Origin: a virus
Virus record (IMG/VR): IMGVR_UViG_3300046660_000385
Span: 53,859-117,858 of that record
DNA: 64,000 nucleotides
Reading direction: 5' to 3' (one strand)
Part shown: piece after piece, positions 20,501 through 32,500 of the stretch
Layout: each line of letters begins with the position of its first letter
Position numbering within the stretch: the stretch's first letter is position 1
Translations under genes and position numbers: made by a program
Notes under the pieces: model-generated
The model's input: only the letters and a program-made list of their open reading frames with translations
Database searches by the model: none
Told to the model about the DNA's origin: nothing

Positions 20501-23500
20501 CGAGGTCTACATCGCCGGCGGCCAGCTGTACGCCCCGGTGGCGCAGGTCTACGCCGAGCAGCTGCGCGCGGCCGGCTTCGTCGGCCCCGAGGCCGAGGTC
20601 AAGGGCACGGTCGGCTTCATCGGCCAGCAGCGCGGCCAGCTGGGCGAATACCTGCGCACCGTGCACGAGCGCCTGGGCACCCTGCCGGAACGTCCGGCGC
20701 CGCTCGAGGTGGGCGTGCGCGTGCGCATCAAGCGCCTGACCAAGGCCCCGGTCGCGGGCGTGTCGCTGAAAGACGCCAACCGCTTCGCCGGCCGCATGGG
20801 CACGGTCGAGCGCGAAATGATCGTCGGCGAGAACCGATATTTCATCGTCAACCTGGACGACACCCCGGAAAAGGTCGAGCGCCAGCAGGAATTCCACAGC
20901 GGTTTCCTCGACGTCCTGACCCCGGCCGAGCAGGCCGCGCCGGGCGAGCTGGCCGACGACGTCGAGAAGCGCAAGGCGCAGATCCGCGAGCAGGTCGAAG
21001 CCACGCTGGGCGCCGACAAGCAGCTGGTGGCGCAGGCTGACCTGGTCGGCACCGGCAACCGCTTCGTCGACTTCAAGGACAGCTACAAGGCCGCGTTCGA
21101 GAGGACGCTGGCCCAGATGGCCAAGGACGGGAAGATCGAGGCGCGCGACGTCCAGATGTTCACCGACAGCCTCGACAAGCTGCCCGGCTATCTTGACCGC
21201 GCCGCGCGCCAGTTCATCAACGACCACCACGGCCCGGACAACCAGGAACTGTCCTCGCTCAAGCACAAGTGGGGTTATACCGACGAGAACGTACCGAAGG
21301 ACGGCCGCTTCCCGGACTACGAGACCGCGCTGAAATTCGACAACAAGCGCACCGGCAAGGAACAGTTCTCGTTCGAGATCCAGGTGGCGCAGGGACCGAA
21401 CGGCCGCTGGGCCGTCTCGTCCGGCTACCAGCAGGGCGGCCAGACCGGCAACGCCACCGGCATCGGGATGATCCCGCCGGCGCTGACCTCGGAAGCGCAC
21501 CGCACCCGCATGCTGGCCGTCGAGGCCGGCGGCGAGGCGATCCGCCAGCACCTGGCCGCGAACGGCAAGGAATCGCTGCGCACGACCGGCAATATCCTGA
21601 CCGCGATCACCAAGCTGAAACTGCTGGGCGAGCTGCGCGACAAGGCGGCCGCGCTGGCCGCGCGCGCCGAGGCCGCCGGCGCAGAGAAGCTGGCCGGCCA
21701 GATCCGCGAGGTCGGCCGCGACATGCAGCCCAACGACGTCAACCTGACCCGCAAGCGCGTCGACGAGACGATCGCCGGGCGCGAGAAACTGGTCCGCGCC
21801 GCCGAAAAGCGCGCGGAAAAGAAAGCCGCCGAGAAAGCCGCCAAGGCCGAACCGAAGGCCGACCCGAAACCGGAGCCGGTCGCGCCCGAAGCGCCGCAGC
21901 CGAAGCAGGACGCGCCAGGCACCCGCCGCTTCCCGAAGTCCGTGCGCACCGCGATCGCCACGCGCCTGCAGCAGGTGCTGGACGGTTTCAGCGCCGACCG
22001 CAACACCCGCGAAGGTCGCGCCCGGTCGATCATGCGCAGCGCGATCGAGGAGCTGGGCAAGGAAAAGACCGTCATCGACGTGGCCGACCAGCTGCGCGAT
22101 GCGTCCAGCGACCTGTTCAAGCAGTTCAAGGTGCAGGCCGACGTGCTCGACGAGATCGCCGACCAGCTCGACGCGGCCGAGAACCAGCAGGAGCAGGAAG
22201 TCCCGGCCGCGGTCGCGGAACCGGCCAGCCCGGCGAAATTCGACATCGGCACCCCGCCCACGCTGGACTACCGCCTGCAGACGCGCGGCGGCACGCTGTA
22301 CCTGATCCCGCCGGTCGGCAAAGGTTTTACGAAGGAAACCCGCGACGCCCTGCGCGACTGGCTCAGGAGCGCAGGCTACTTCTCCAACGCGACCGGCGAC
22401 CACATGGTATCGGCCAGCCAGATCACCGGCGGTCCGTCCACCGACCTGATCCCTGACGGCGTCGAGGAACAGAAATACGGCAGGCTCGTCGCCAAGGAAA
22501 AGGCAAAGGACGACGGCGCCCTGGCCGGCTCGCGCCCGATGTCGCCCAAGCAGTTCGAGACCGACCTGAAAGATCACGGCAAGCTGCGCTTCGGCGAAGC
22601 GACCTACGAGGTCAAGCCGGCCGGCCGCGGCGGCTTCGGCCGCATCCAGGCCGACACCTATATTGTCGAAGTCAGCTATCCGCACAGCAACAAGCAGATC
22701 GGGTTCCAGCAGAACCTGTCGCTGCAGCAGGCGGTCGAGGCCGCCCGCGTTGACGCGTTCGACTGGTGGGACAACCGCCGCGTCAAGGAAGCCGAGTTCG
22801 CCAAGAAGCGCGAGAAGCTGGTGCGCGCCGGCCAGCGCGAGCTGTTCGGGCTGTTCTCGAAGGACCCGGATCTGATGAGGATCGCGGCCGACGCCGGCCT
22901 GCCGGTCGAGGTCGACGCCGCCGCGCGCCGCGCGATCGTGGACTGGGTCGCCGCCGAAAAGGCCGTTGCCGACCTCGATCCCGACCGCAAGCTGATGCTG
23001 GACAACATCGTCATCGGCGGCCGCGTGACGTTCCCGTCCGAGTGGTTCGACTCGCTGCGCAAGTACCTGAAACGCGCGGTCAAGCGCGCCGAGAAGGAGC
23101 TGGACCGCGACCCGGCCGTGTACCAGGCCGAGCTGATCCGCTCGGCGCAGCTGGTCGGCCTGCCGCCCGAGAGCGTGGGCGTGTTCAAGCTGGGGTTCGA
23201 CCACGCGCTGGCCGGCAAGACCAAGTCGACCCTGCCGCCGTCGACCATGATGGCGCAGGGCTATGACGCCGGCGCCGCGTGGATGAAATCGGACGAGGGC
23301 CAAGCCTGGTTCACCGGCCGCCGTGGCAAGAAGCTGGAAAACACCGGCGCCGACCTGCGCCGCTGGTTCGACGAATCCAAGCGCAAGATCAAGGAAGTCA
23401 CGGCCGACAACCTGACCGCGTCCTACGAGATCATCAAGGGCCAGGCCTCGCGCGTGGAGGCGTTCGCCAACGTCGCCGGCCCCGGCGCCACGCCCGGCAC

Positions 23501-26500
23501 CAAGCGCTACATCACGGCCGTGCGCGACAGCCTGCGTCCGTTCCAGGAATGGCTGCTCGAAAACGGCCCGCTGCAGACCCTGTACGGCGAGACCGGCTAC
23601 CGCGAGAGCGAGTCGTTCAGGATCACCCGCTTCCTCGACGGCCGCGCCTACCCGATGACGTACGACGCCACCGGCAAGCGCGTCAGCATGGAGGACGCCA
23701 CGGCGCAGGAACGCCTCGAGCTGCTGCAGGAGGCGGCCGCCACCTACAACGCCCGCCTGCAGGGGCTGGCCGAGGCGATGAGCGGCGCGACCACGGTCGA
23801 GGAGGCCGCCCGCGCCTACCAGGGCTACCTCGTCAAGAACAAGGACGAGTACGTCTACAGCAGCACCCGCCTGACCGAGGCCGGCAAGGAAATCGACCGC
23901 CTGGTGCGCGGCCGCGTCCACGACCTGGAACCGGACACCCGCGAGGTCGAGAACCTCATCAAGACGCAGAACGAGCCGGACGGCCCGAGCAACCGCAAGC
24001 AGGCGCTGATGGTGCCGAAACTCGACCACGTCGTGCGCGAGGGCGAGAAGCTGCAGGATTACCGCAAGGGCGAGAACGTCACGCCGCAGCAGATGAAGGA
24101 CACGTTCGGCTTCGCCGACGTCGGTTTCGGCAAGTGGGTCGGCGCCAAGCAGGACCAGGACCACCTGAACTACGCCTATGACGCGTTCATGGACCTGGCC
24201 AAGCTGCTCGGGATCGACCCCAAGCACATCGGCCTGGGCGGTTCGCTGCACTTCACGATCGGCGCACTCGGCCACGGCCGCCACGCTGCGCACTTCCAGG
24301 CCAGGCAGCCGCACCCGCACGGCGGCACCGTGCCGGTCATCAACGTCACCAACACCAAGGGCGACGGCACCGTGGCGCACGAGTGGTTCCACGCGCTCGA
24401 CCACGCGCTGAGCGAGCAGTGGCACGGCAGCAGCTGGGTCCAGCATGAGGCCGTGCAGCGCGTCGTCCGACTGCTGTCGACCAGCCGCGACATCGAGTTC
24501 TTGGTGAAGAAGCTGCCGCTGGCCGTCAGCGGCCAGTCGTTCATGCGCTATGGCCGCCGCAACACGCCGATCCACAACCTCAAGACCGAGGCCGGCCTGA
24601 TCGAGAACGCCGAGGCGGTCCTGCGCTACGACGCCGGCCGCCAGGGCGGCCGCCCGACCGACTACAAGAAGAACGCCGACGCGATGGGCGAGGACTACTG
24701 GGGCAACCCGAAGGAGCTGCTGGCGCGCGCCGCCGAGGCCTGGGTCCACGACACCCTGGGCGGCACCTCGAACTACCTGGTCAACCCGGCATGGGTCGGC
24801 GAGGGCAAGGTCAAGGCGCCGCAGTACAAGGGCGCGCCGTATCCGATGGGCGAGGAAAGGAAACTGTTCAACGATGCGCTCGGCGCGCTGGTGAAGGCGC
24901 TGCGCTTCAACGACAAGGGCGTCACCCTCGACAAGGAAACGTTCGACAAGGAATTCCCGGACCTCGACCGCCAGTTCAAGGAAGCCTACGAATCCCTCAA
25001 GGCCCAGATCCCGTCGATGGTGCGCGCGCACCTGGCCGAGAAGGAAGCGCGCAAGGTGGCCCAGAAGTACGCCAAGGACGAGGCCGAGCGCGCCAAGCAG
25101 GCCGAGGCGCTGGCGGCCCAGAAGGCGAAAGAGCAGGCCGAGCGCGATGCCGCGGAGGCACGCCTGCGCGAGGAGCTGGAAAAGCAGCAGCAGCAGCCGG
25201 TCGAGCCGCCTAGCGGTCCGCTCTCCGAGGGCGACCTGGAAGCGCTGTTCGACCAGGCCGAAAGCGAGCTGGCCGAGGAGCAGCAGGAGCAGCCCGAGGC
25301 GAAAGACCCGGGCGAAGCCACCCAGGCCGACCACTGGACGCAGGAGGATTATCAGCACCTGCTCAAACTGATCGACGACGGCCAGGTGTTCCTGCTGGCC
25401 GATCCGTCGCGCGGCCTGTCGATCATCCACGACATGCCGGGCCAGTACACCGAGCACAAGGGTTTCGGCCTGTTCCACACCAAGACCCCCGAGTACGACG
25501 TCACCTGGGACGGCGGCGGCGAAATGCGCCAGACCCCGGGCGGCAAGTCGTACACGCTGGTGTCGATCAAGGAAGGGCGCGAAGCGTTCCTCAAGGCGAT
25601 CAACTGGGACCAGGCCAAGACGAAGCTGCAGGCGAAACTGATCGTCAAGACCGGCCCGAAAGCCGCGCCGACCCTGTCGGCCGAGCAGGAAAAGAGCGCC
25701 AAGCAGCTGATCGGCGAGGCCGCCAAACTCGGCGTCACCGGCATCGAGGAGTCGCTGAAAGGCCTGATCCAGCTGTTCGGTGGCAACGCCCTGAAATCGT
25801 TCCCGGCCGGCTTCGACGAGGAGTCCTACAAAGCCGCGAAGCCGCACTTCGAGAAGGCGCTGGCCGCGTTCCAGGCCGCCGGCAAGACGCTGGTCGACCT
25901 GTTCAAGATGCTGATCCAGCACTTCGGCCCCGGCATCCGCCCGTACGCGATCCAGTTCGCCAAGGAGCAGGGCCTGTCGGCCAACCTGGCCCCGCCAGTG
26001 TCGGCGACCGAGAAGATCGCCAAGTGGGTCGAGCAGCGCCTGCAGGCGAAGGAGACGTTCGGCTCGGCGCCGCTGTTCAAGGTCGCCGACGAAGCGTTCG
26101 GCGGCACCCAGGCCGAGGGCAAGTACAGCGTCAAGGACGCCTACGACGCGATGGAAGCGGGCATGAACCGCCACATCATGGCCCAGGGCATCACCCCGGA
26201 TGGCGCCGCGACCGACGCCGTGCACAAGATCGAGGAGCTGGACGGCTGGACCCAGCGCCTGGCGACCCAGACCCGCCGCACCGAGGAAATGGACGAGTAC
26301 CAGCAGTTCTCGACCCCGCCGTCGGAAGCGTTCGCCGCGGCCTGGCTGGCCAACATCCGCCCCGGCGAAGTCGTGCTCGAGCCGTCGGCCGGCACCGGCA
26401 GCCTGGCGATCTACGCCAAGCTGGCTGGCGCCGACGTCGTCGTCAACGAGCTGTCGTCGCGCCGCGCCGAGGTCCTGAAAACCGTGCTGCCCGAGGCGCG

Positions 26501-29500
26501 CCTGTTCCAGGAGAACGCCGAGCAGCTGCACAACATCCTGCCGGCCGACGTCAAGCCGAGCGTGATCCTGATGAACCCGCCGTTCTCGGCGACCGCCGGG
26601 CGCATGCAGGGCGCGCGCGACACCAACAACGGCGCCACCCACATCGAACAGGCCCTCAAACGCCTGCAGGAAGGCGGGCGCCTGGTGGCGATCGTCGGCA
26701 GCGGCATGGCCGCCGACCGTCCGGCGTTCAAGAGCTGGTGGACCAAGATCCGCCAGGACTATAATGTACGCGTCAACATCACCGTCGACGGCAGCAACTA
26801 TGCCAAGTACGGCACGACGTTCGACAACCAGATCCTGGTCATCGACAAGACCGGCCCGACCACGGCCGCGGTCGTCACCGGCGAGGTGAAAACGCTGGCC
26901 GAACTGCCGGCACTGCTGGAAGGTATCCGCAATGAACGAAAAGCTGCTGAAGGTACGGATGGCGCGCACCCTTCTGGTCAACCAGATGCCGATCAACAGG
27001 GCGGCGATCGAGTTCCTGCCGGGCAAGAAGCCGCTGGCGACCGAGCCGGCGGTGCTGACGCTGATCCGGTGGGGACTGGACAACGGGATCAATCCGATTC
27101 CGGTGGCGCCGGGCTACCCGGACATCGACAGGATGGAAGCGCAGGTGGACGCGATGGCGAACAGGTGGGAGCCGAGGCGGGCGGTGAGGTTTCTGACCAA
27201 CCCGGAAAGCCAGGACCCGCTGGACGTGGTGCTAACGGCCGAGGAACTGGCGGCCTCGGCAACACCCGAGGACGCAGCGGAACTGCTGATCGAGAATCTG
27301 TACCACGCGATGGTGGCCAACAGCCCGTAACCGGCGAAGTCACGGTCGAAGCGTCCGACCAGGCCGCCGCCACCGGCGAGCTGTCGGACGCGATCTTCGA
27401 GAACTACACCCCGCAGCGCTTGTCGATCCCGGGCGCCAAGCCGCACCCGGGCAAGCTGGTCCAGTCCGCCGCCATGTCGGCCGTGCTGCCCCCAAGCCCG
27501 TCCTACGCCCCGAACCTGCCGAAAGCCGTGATCGAGAAGGGCCTGCTGTCACTGGCCCAGCTCGAGGCGGTGGTCTACGCCGGCCAGGCGCACCAGCAGA
27601 TGCTGCCGGGCGGCGAGGTGCGCCGCGGCTTCTTCATCGGCGACGGTACGGGTGTTGGTAAAGGCCGCGAGATCGCCGGCATCCTGCTGGACAACCAGCG
27701 GCAAGGCCGCAAGAAAGCGGTCTGGCTGTCGGCCAAGCAGGGCCTGCTGCGCGATGCGAAGCGCGACTTCGCGGGCGTCTCGGGCAACCCCGACCACATC
27801 CTGGCGCACAACAAGGTCAAGGCCGGCGAGAAGATCGACGCCGACAGCGGCATCCTGTTCACGACCTATGACACGCTGCGGATGGGCAGCGACATCAAGA
27901 ACAACGCCCCGGGCCTGGCCGGCCCCGGCACCATGAGCGCCGAGCAGCTCAAGGCCACCTACCCGAAAGGCACGCCGATCGAGTGGCGCGGCCGCAGCGG
28001 CACCCTCGAATCGTGGGATACGCGCGGCCACAAGGCCAAGATCTCCCTGCCCAACGGCGTGCAGACGACCGTGCGCTTCGACGAGCTGAAGGTGAACGGC
28101 CAGAGCGGCTGGGGCGGGATCGACCACGTCAAGAACGACAAGAAACTCGATTCCAAGTCGCGCCTGAACCAGATCGTCGAGTGGCTGGGCAAGGACTTCG
28201 ACGGCGTGATCGCGTTCGACGAAGCCCACAAGATGGGCAACGTGCTCGAACGCAAGGGCAAGCGCGGCAAGACCAAGCCGTCGGCCACGGCGCTGGCCGG
28301 CGTGGCGCTGCAGGAAGCGCTGCCGAAGGCGCGCATCGTCTACGTCTCGGCGACCGGCGCCACCGAAGTGCACAACCTGGCCTACGCGACCCGCCTGGGC
28401 CTGTGGGGCGAGGGCAGCGCGTTCGCCAAGGTGACGGACTTCGTCGGCGGCATCGAATCCGGCGGCGTGGCGGCGATGGAACTGGTCTCGCGCGACATGA
28501 AGGCACAGGGTTCGTACCTGGCCAGGTCCCTGTCGTTCGACGGCGTCACCTACGACCGCCTCGAGCACCAGCTGACCCCGCTGCAGAACGACATCTACAA
28601 CGAGCTGGCGCGCGCCTGGCAGGGCGTGCTGCAGAACGTCAACGCCGCGTTGGAGGCCACGCTGCAGAACAAGGACCCGAAGGCGAAAAGCAACGCCCTG
28701 TCCGCGTTCTGGGGCAACCACCAGCGCTTCTTCAGCCACATCATCACGGCCATGCAGATGCCGACGATCATCGAGGCCGCCCAGCGCGACCTGGACAACG
28801 GCCACGCGGTCGTGATGCAGCTGGTGAACACCAACCAGGCCGAGCAGGACCGCCAGGCCGCCAAGATGGCCAACGACGACGAGGCGATCCCCGAGGACTT
28901 CGACTTCACCCCGCGCGACACGCTGCTGAACTATGTGCGCCACTCGTTCCCGGTGCAGCAGCACGAGGAGTACACCGACGAGGAGGGCAACAAGCACACC
29001 CGCCCGGTCGTCGACTCCAAGGGCAACCCGGTGTTCAACCAGGAAATGGTGGCCAAGCGCGACGCGCTGGTGAAGAACCTCGAACAGATCCGCGTGCCGG
29101 ACAACCCGCTCGACATGATCGTGCGCGCGTTCGGCGTCAGCAACGTGGCCGAGATCACCGGCCGCTCGCGCCGCTTCATCCAGGAGCAGGACCCGAAAAC
29201 GGGCGGCTTCAAGGTCGTCGAGCAGAAGCGCCCGGCGTCCGCCGTGCCGGCCGATGCCGACGCGTTCATGGACGACAAGAAGCGCGTGCTGGTGTTCTCC
29301 GACGCCGGCGGCACCGGCTATTCGTTCCAGTCCGACCTGGGGGCGAAGAACCAGCGCCGCCGCATGCACTACCTGGTGCAGCCGGGCTGGCGCGCCAACA
29401 ACGCGGTGCAGGGCTTCGGCCGCACGCACCGCTCGAACGAGGCCAATCAACCGCACTACGTGCTGCCGACCACGAACCTGAAAGCGCAGAAGCGTTTTAT

Positions 29501-32500
29501 CTCGTCGATCGCACGGCGCCTGGACCAGCTGGGCGCACTGACCAAGGGCCAGCGCGAGACCGGCGGCCAGGGCCTGTTCGCGGCCACCGACAACCTCGAA
29601 TCGCAGCACGCCGCGGACGCCGTGCAGGCGTTCTTCGTCGACATGTACAACGGCACGGCGAAACTCAACTTCGCCGAGACCACGGCCGCGCTGGGCCTGA
29701 ACGGCCTGATCGACGAGAGCACCGGCGCGCTGATCTACGGCAAGCTGCCGGAAGTGCCGAAGTTCCTGAACCGCCTGATGTCGCTGGAAACCCACCGCCA
29801 GGACGAGGTGTTCGAGGAGTTCTTCAACCGCCTGACGGAAGTGATCGAGCGCGCCAAGGCCAACGGCACCTTCGACGCCGGCATGGAGACCCTGCGCGCC
29901 GACAAGGTGACGAAGCTGCGCGACGAGGTCGTCTACGAGGACAAGCGCACTGGCGCCAACACCCGCTATGTCGAGCTGGAACTGACCCACCCGACGCACT
30001 TCAACTCGTTCGACCAGGCCCAGTCCGAGATCGTCCGCTGGGGCGACAAGTTCCTCGGCTTCTTCCGCAACGAGAGGACCGGCAAGGTGTTCGCGCTGAT
30101 GCGCACCGGCACCTCGACCGACGCCAAATCCGGCAACGTGGTCACGCGCGGCGCGCAGCTGCGCACGACCGGCGGCTACCGCTACGGCGACGAGGTCGAC
30201 AAGATCATCAAGGGCGCGCGCGGCGAAAAGACGGTCAAGAAAACCGTGGTGCCGATGCTGTACTCGCCGCCGACCAACGAGGTGCTGACCGAGACCTACA
30301 CCAACACGAACGACAAGCAAATGACGGTGTCCTCGCACCGCCTGGCCGACCTGCTGATCCAGCGCGGCCTGGAACGGGTCGAGCAGACCATCCTGGCCGG
30401 CCCGTCCGGTTCGGAGCGGGACGCGTTCATCCGCCTGCTGGACAAGATGCGCCCGCACCTGGTGGCGCAGAAGGAGACCGAGCGCCAGGTGCCGGCGTTC
30501 GTGCGCCTGACCGCTGACGCGGCGCGCTCCGAGTGGGATGCCGAGGTCGCCGCCACCCCGACGACCTACACCAGCAAGACGCACCTCTTGACCGGGATGC
30601 TGCTGCCGATCTGGGACCGCCTGCCGGGCGACCCGCGCGTGGTGCGCACCCAGACCGAGGACGGCGAGCGCCTGCTGGGCCGCGTGGTATCCGAGCGCAA
30701 CCTGGACCAGACCCTGAAAAACCTCGGGGTCGGCTCGAACCTGTCGAAGGTCGCACCGAGCACCGTGCTGCAGCGCCTGATGGATGGCCAGCGCGGCATC
30801 CTGGCCAACGGCTGGCTGCTGCAGAAGGTGCGCGTCTCGAACGACAGCCGGATCGAGATCAGCGGCCAGTCGCTGGCGTACAACCGCGCCGAGCGCGAGC
30901 TGCTGACCAACAACGGCGCGTTCGTCGAGCGCATCAACTGGCAGGAGCGCGTGTTCATCCCGACCGGGGAGCAGGGCGTCAAGCTGCTCGAGAAGCTGCT
31001 GGAATACAAGCCGCTGGTCGAGCTGGGCAAGCCGGCCGAGGCCCAGACCGAGGACGAGGACGCCGAGTTCTCGCGCGGACGAAGCGACACCGGCATGTCC
31101 AGGGGCGACGTGCAGAACGTGGTCGCGCCGATCGTGAAGGGCTGGCTGAACGGCCCGAAAGTAACTGTCGTCCAGAGCGTGGCCGACCTGCCGTTCAAGG
31201 CACCTAGCGACACCCGCGGCGCGACCTACCAGGGACAGGTCTGGATAGTGGCGGACAACCTCGGACACGCCGGCGAAGTGCAGTTCGTGCTGGCGCACGA
31301 GGCGCTGGGCCACATCGGCCTGCAGGCCCTGCTGGGCAAGGAAGCGCTGACCCGCGAGCTGAACCGCCTGCGCCTCATCAACCCGGAGCTGGCCAAGGCC
31401 GCGCGCGAGCAGGCCGCCACCTTCGGCTACGACCTGAACCTGGCCACCGAGGAAGCGCTGGCGGATCTGGCCGGCACCGGCAAGACCATCAACGGCTGGC
31501 AGAAGTTCGCCGCGCTGGTGCAGAAAGCCCTGCGTCAGCTGGGCCTGGACCGGGTCGCCGACTGGATGGAGGGCAAGACCCAGGCCGAGACCATGTCCTT
31601 GCTGGCCCGCGCCAGGGAGGCGGTCGAGGGTTCGCGCGCCGCGCGCACCTTCGGCAACATGGAGACCGCCCGGTTCTCGGACGGCATGAAGTCGCCCTGG
31701 TTCTCGCAGCTGGCGCGCCAGATCGAGCGCCTGCCGCAGAAGTCGGCCACCGCCCTGCAGTGGGGCGAGACCATGATGGGCAGCGGCTTCGCCCAGAAGG
31801 GCGTCAAGCAGGACGAGATCTACTGGACCGGCGTGATGGACTGGCTGCTGATGCAGGGCGAGAACACCAAGGTCACGAAGGCCGCGCTGCTGGACTACCT
31901 GGCCGAGAATGGCGTGCGCGTCACGGAAACGATGCACAGCGAGGAAGTGCCCGAGCCGACCCCGGAAGGCCTGGCCAAGCGCGAAGCGGTGCTCGCCAAG
32001 TACAACGAGCGCCTGGACGACCTGCAGGAGCGCATCCTGGACAGCGACGAGACGCCCGAGCGCCTGGCGCTGCAGGAGGAGTGGTCGAACCTGATCGACC
32101 AGCGCAACATCGAGGCCGACCTGGCCTACCGGCTGCCGTCCAACCGCTTCCAGCGTCCGCGCTACGCCAGCTACACGCTGCCGGGCGGCGAGAACAACCG
32201 CGAGCTGCTGCTGACCCTGCCCGCGCGCGAGCCGTCCTTCAAGCTGGACGACTACATCGGCGAGCTGAGCGACAAGTACGGCTGGGAGGTCCAGGGCAAC
32301 ATGCGCCGCCCGGGGTGGACCGAGGACGACCTGGCGCCGGACGAGCGCACCAGGCTGCACGCGCTGCAGGAAGAATCGCTGCAGGAGGACAACGAGCGCA
32401 CCCGCAATACCTTCCAGTCGAGCCACTGGGACCAGAAGAACGTGCTGGCGCACGTCCGCTTCAACGACCGCACCGACAGCGAGGGCAAGCGCGTACTCCA

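Noticed and set aside
11913-27092. 5059-aa minus-strand ORF (also 27549..35186, 5637..9053, 2329..4338)
   Set aside because: Antisense shadows of GC3-biased plus-strand genes; L/V/R/G-rich sequence without motifs
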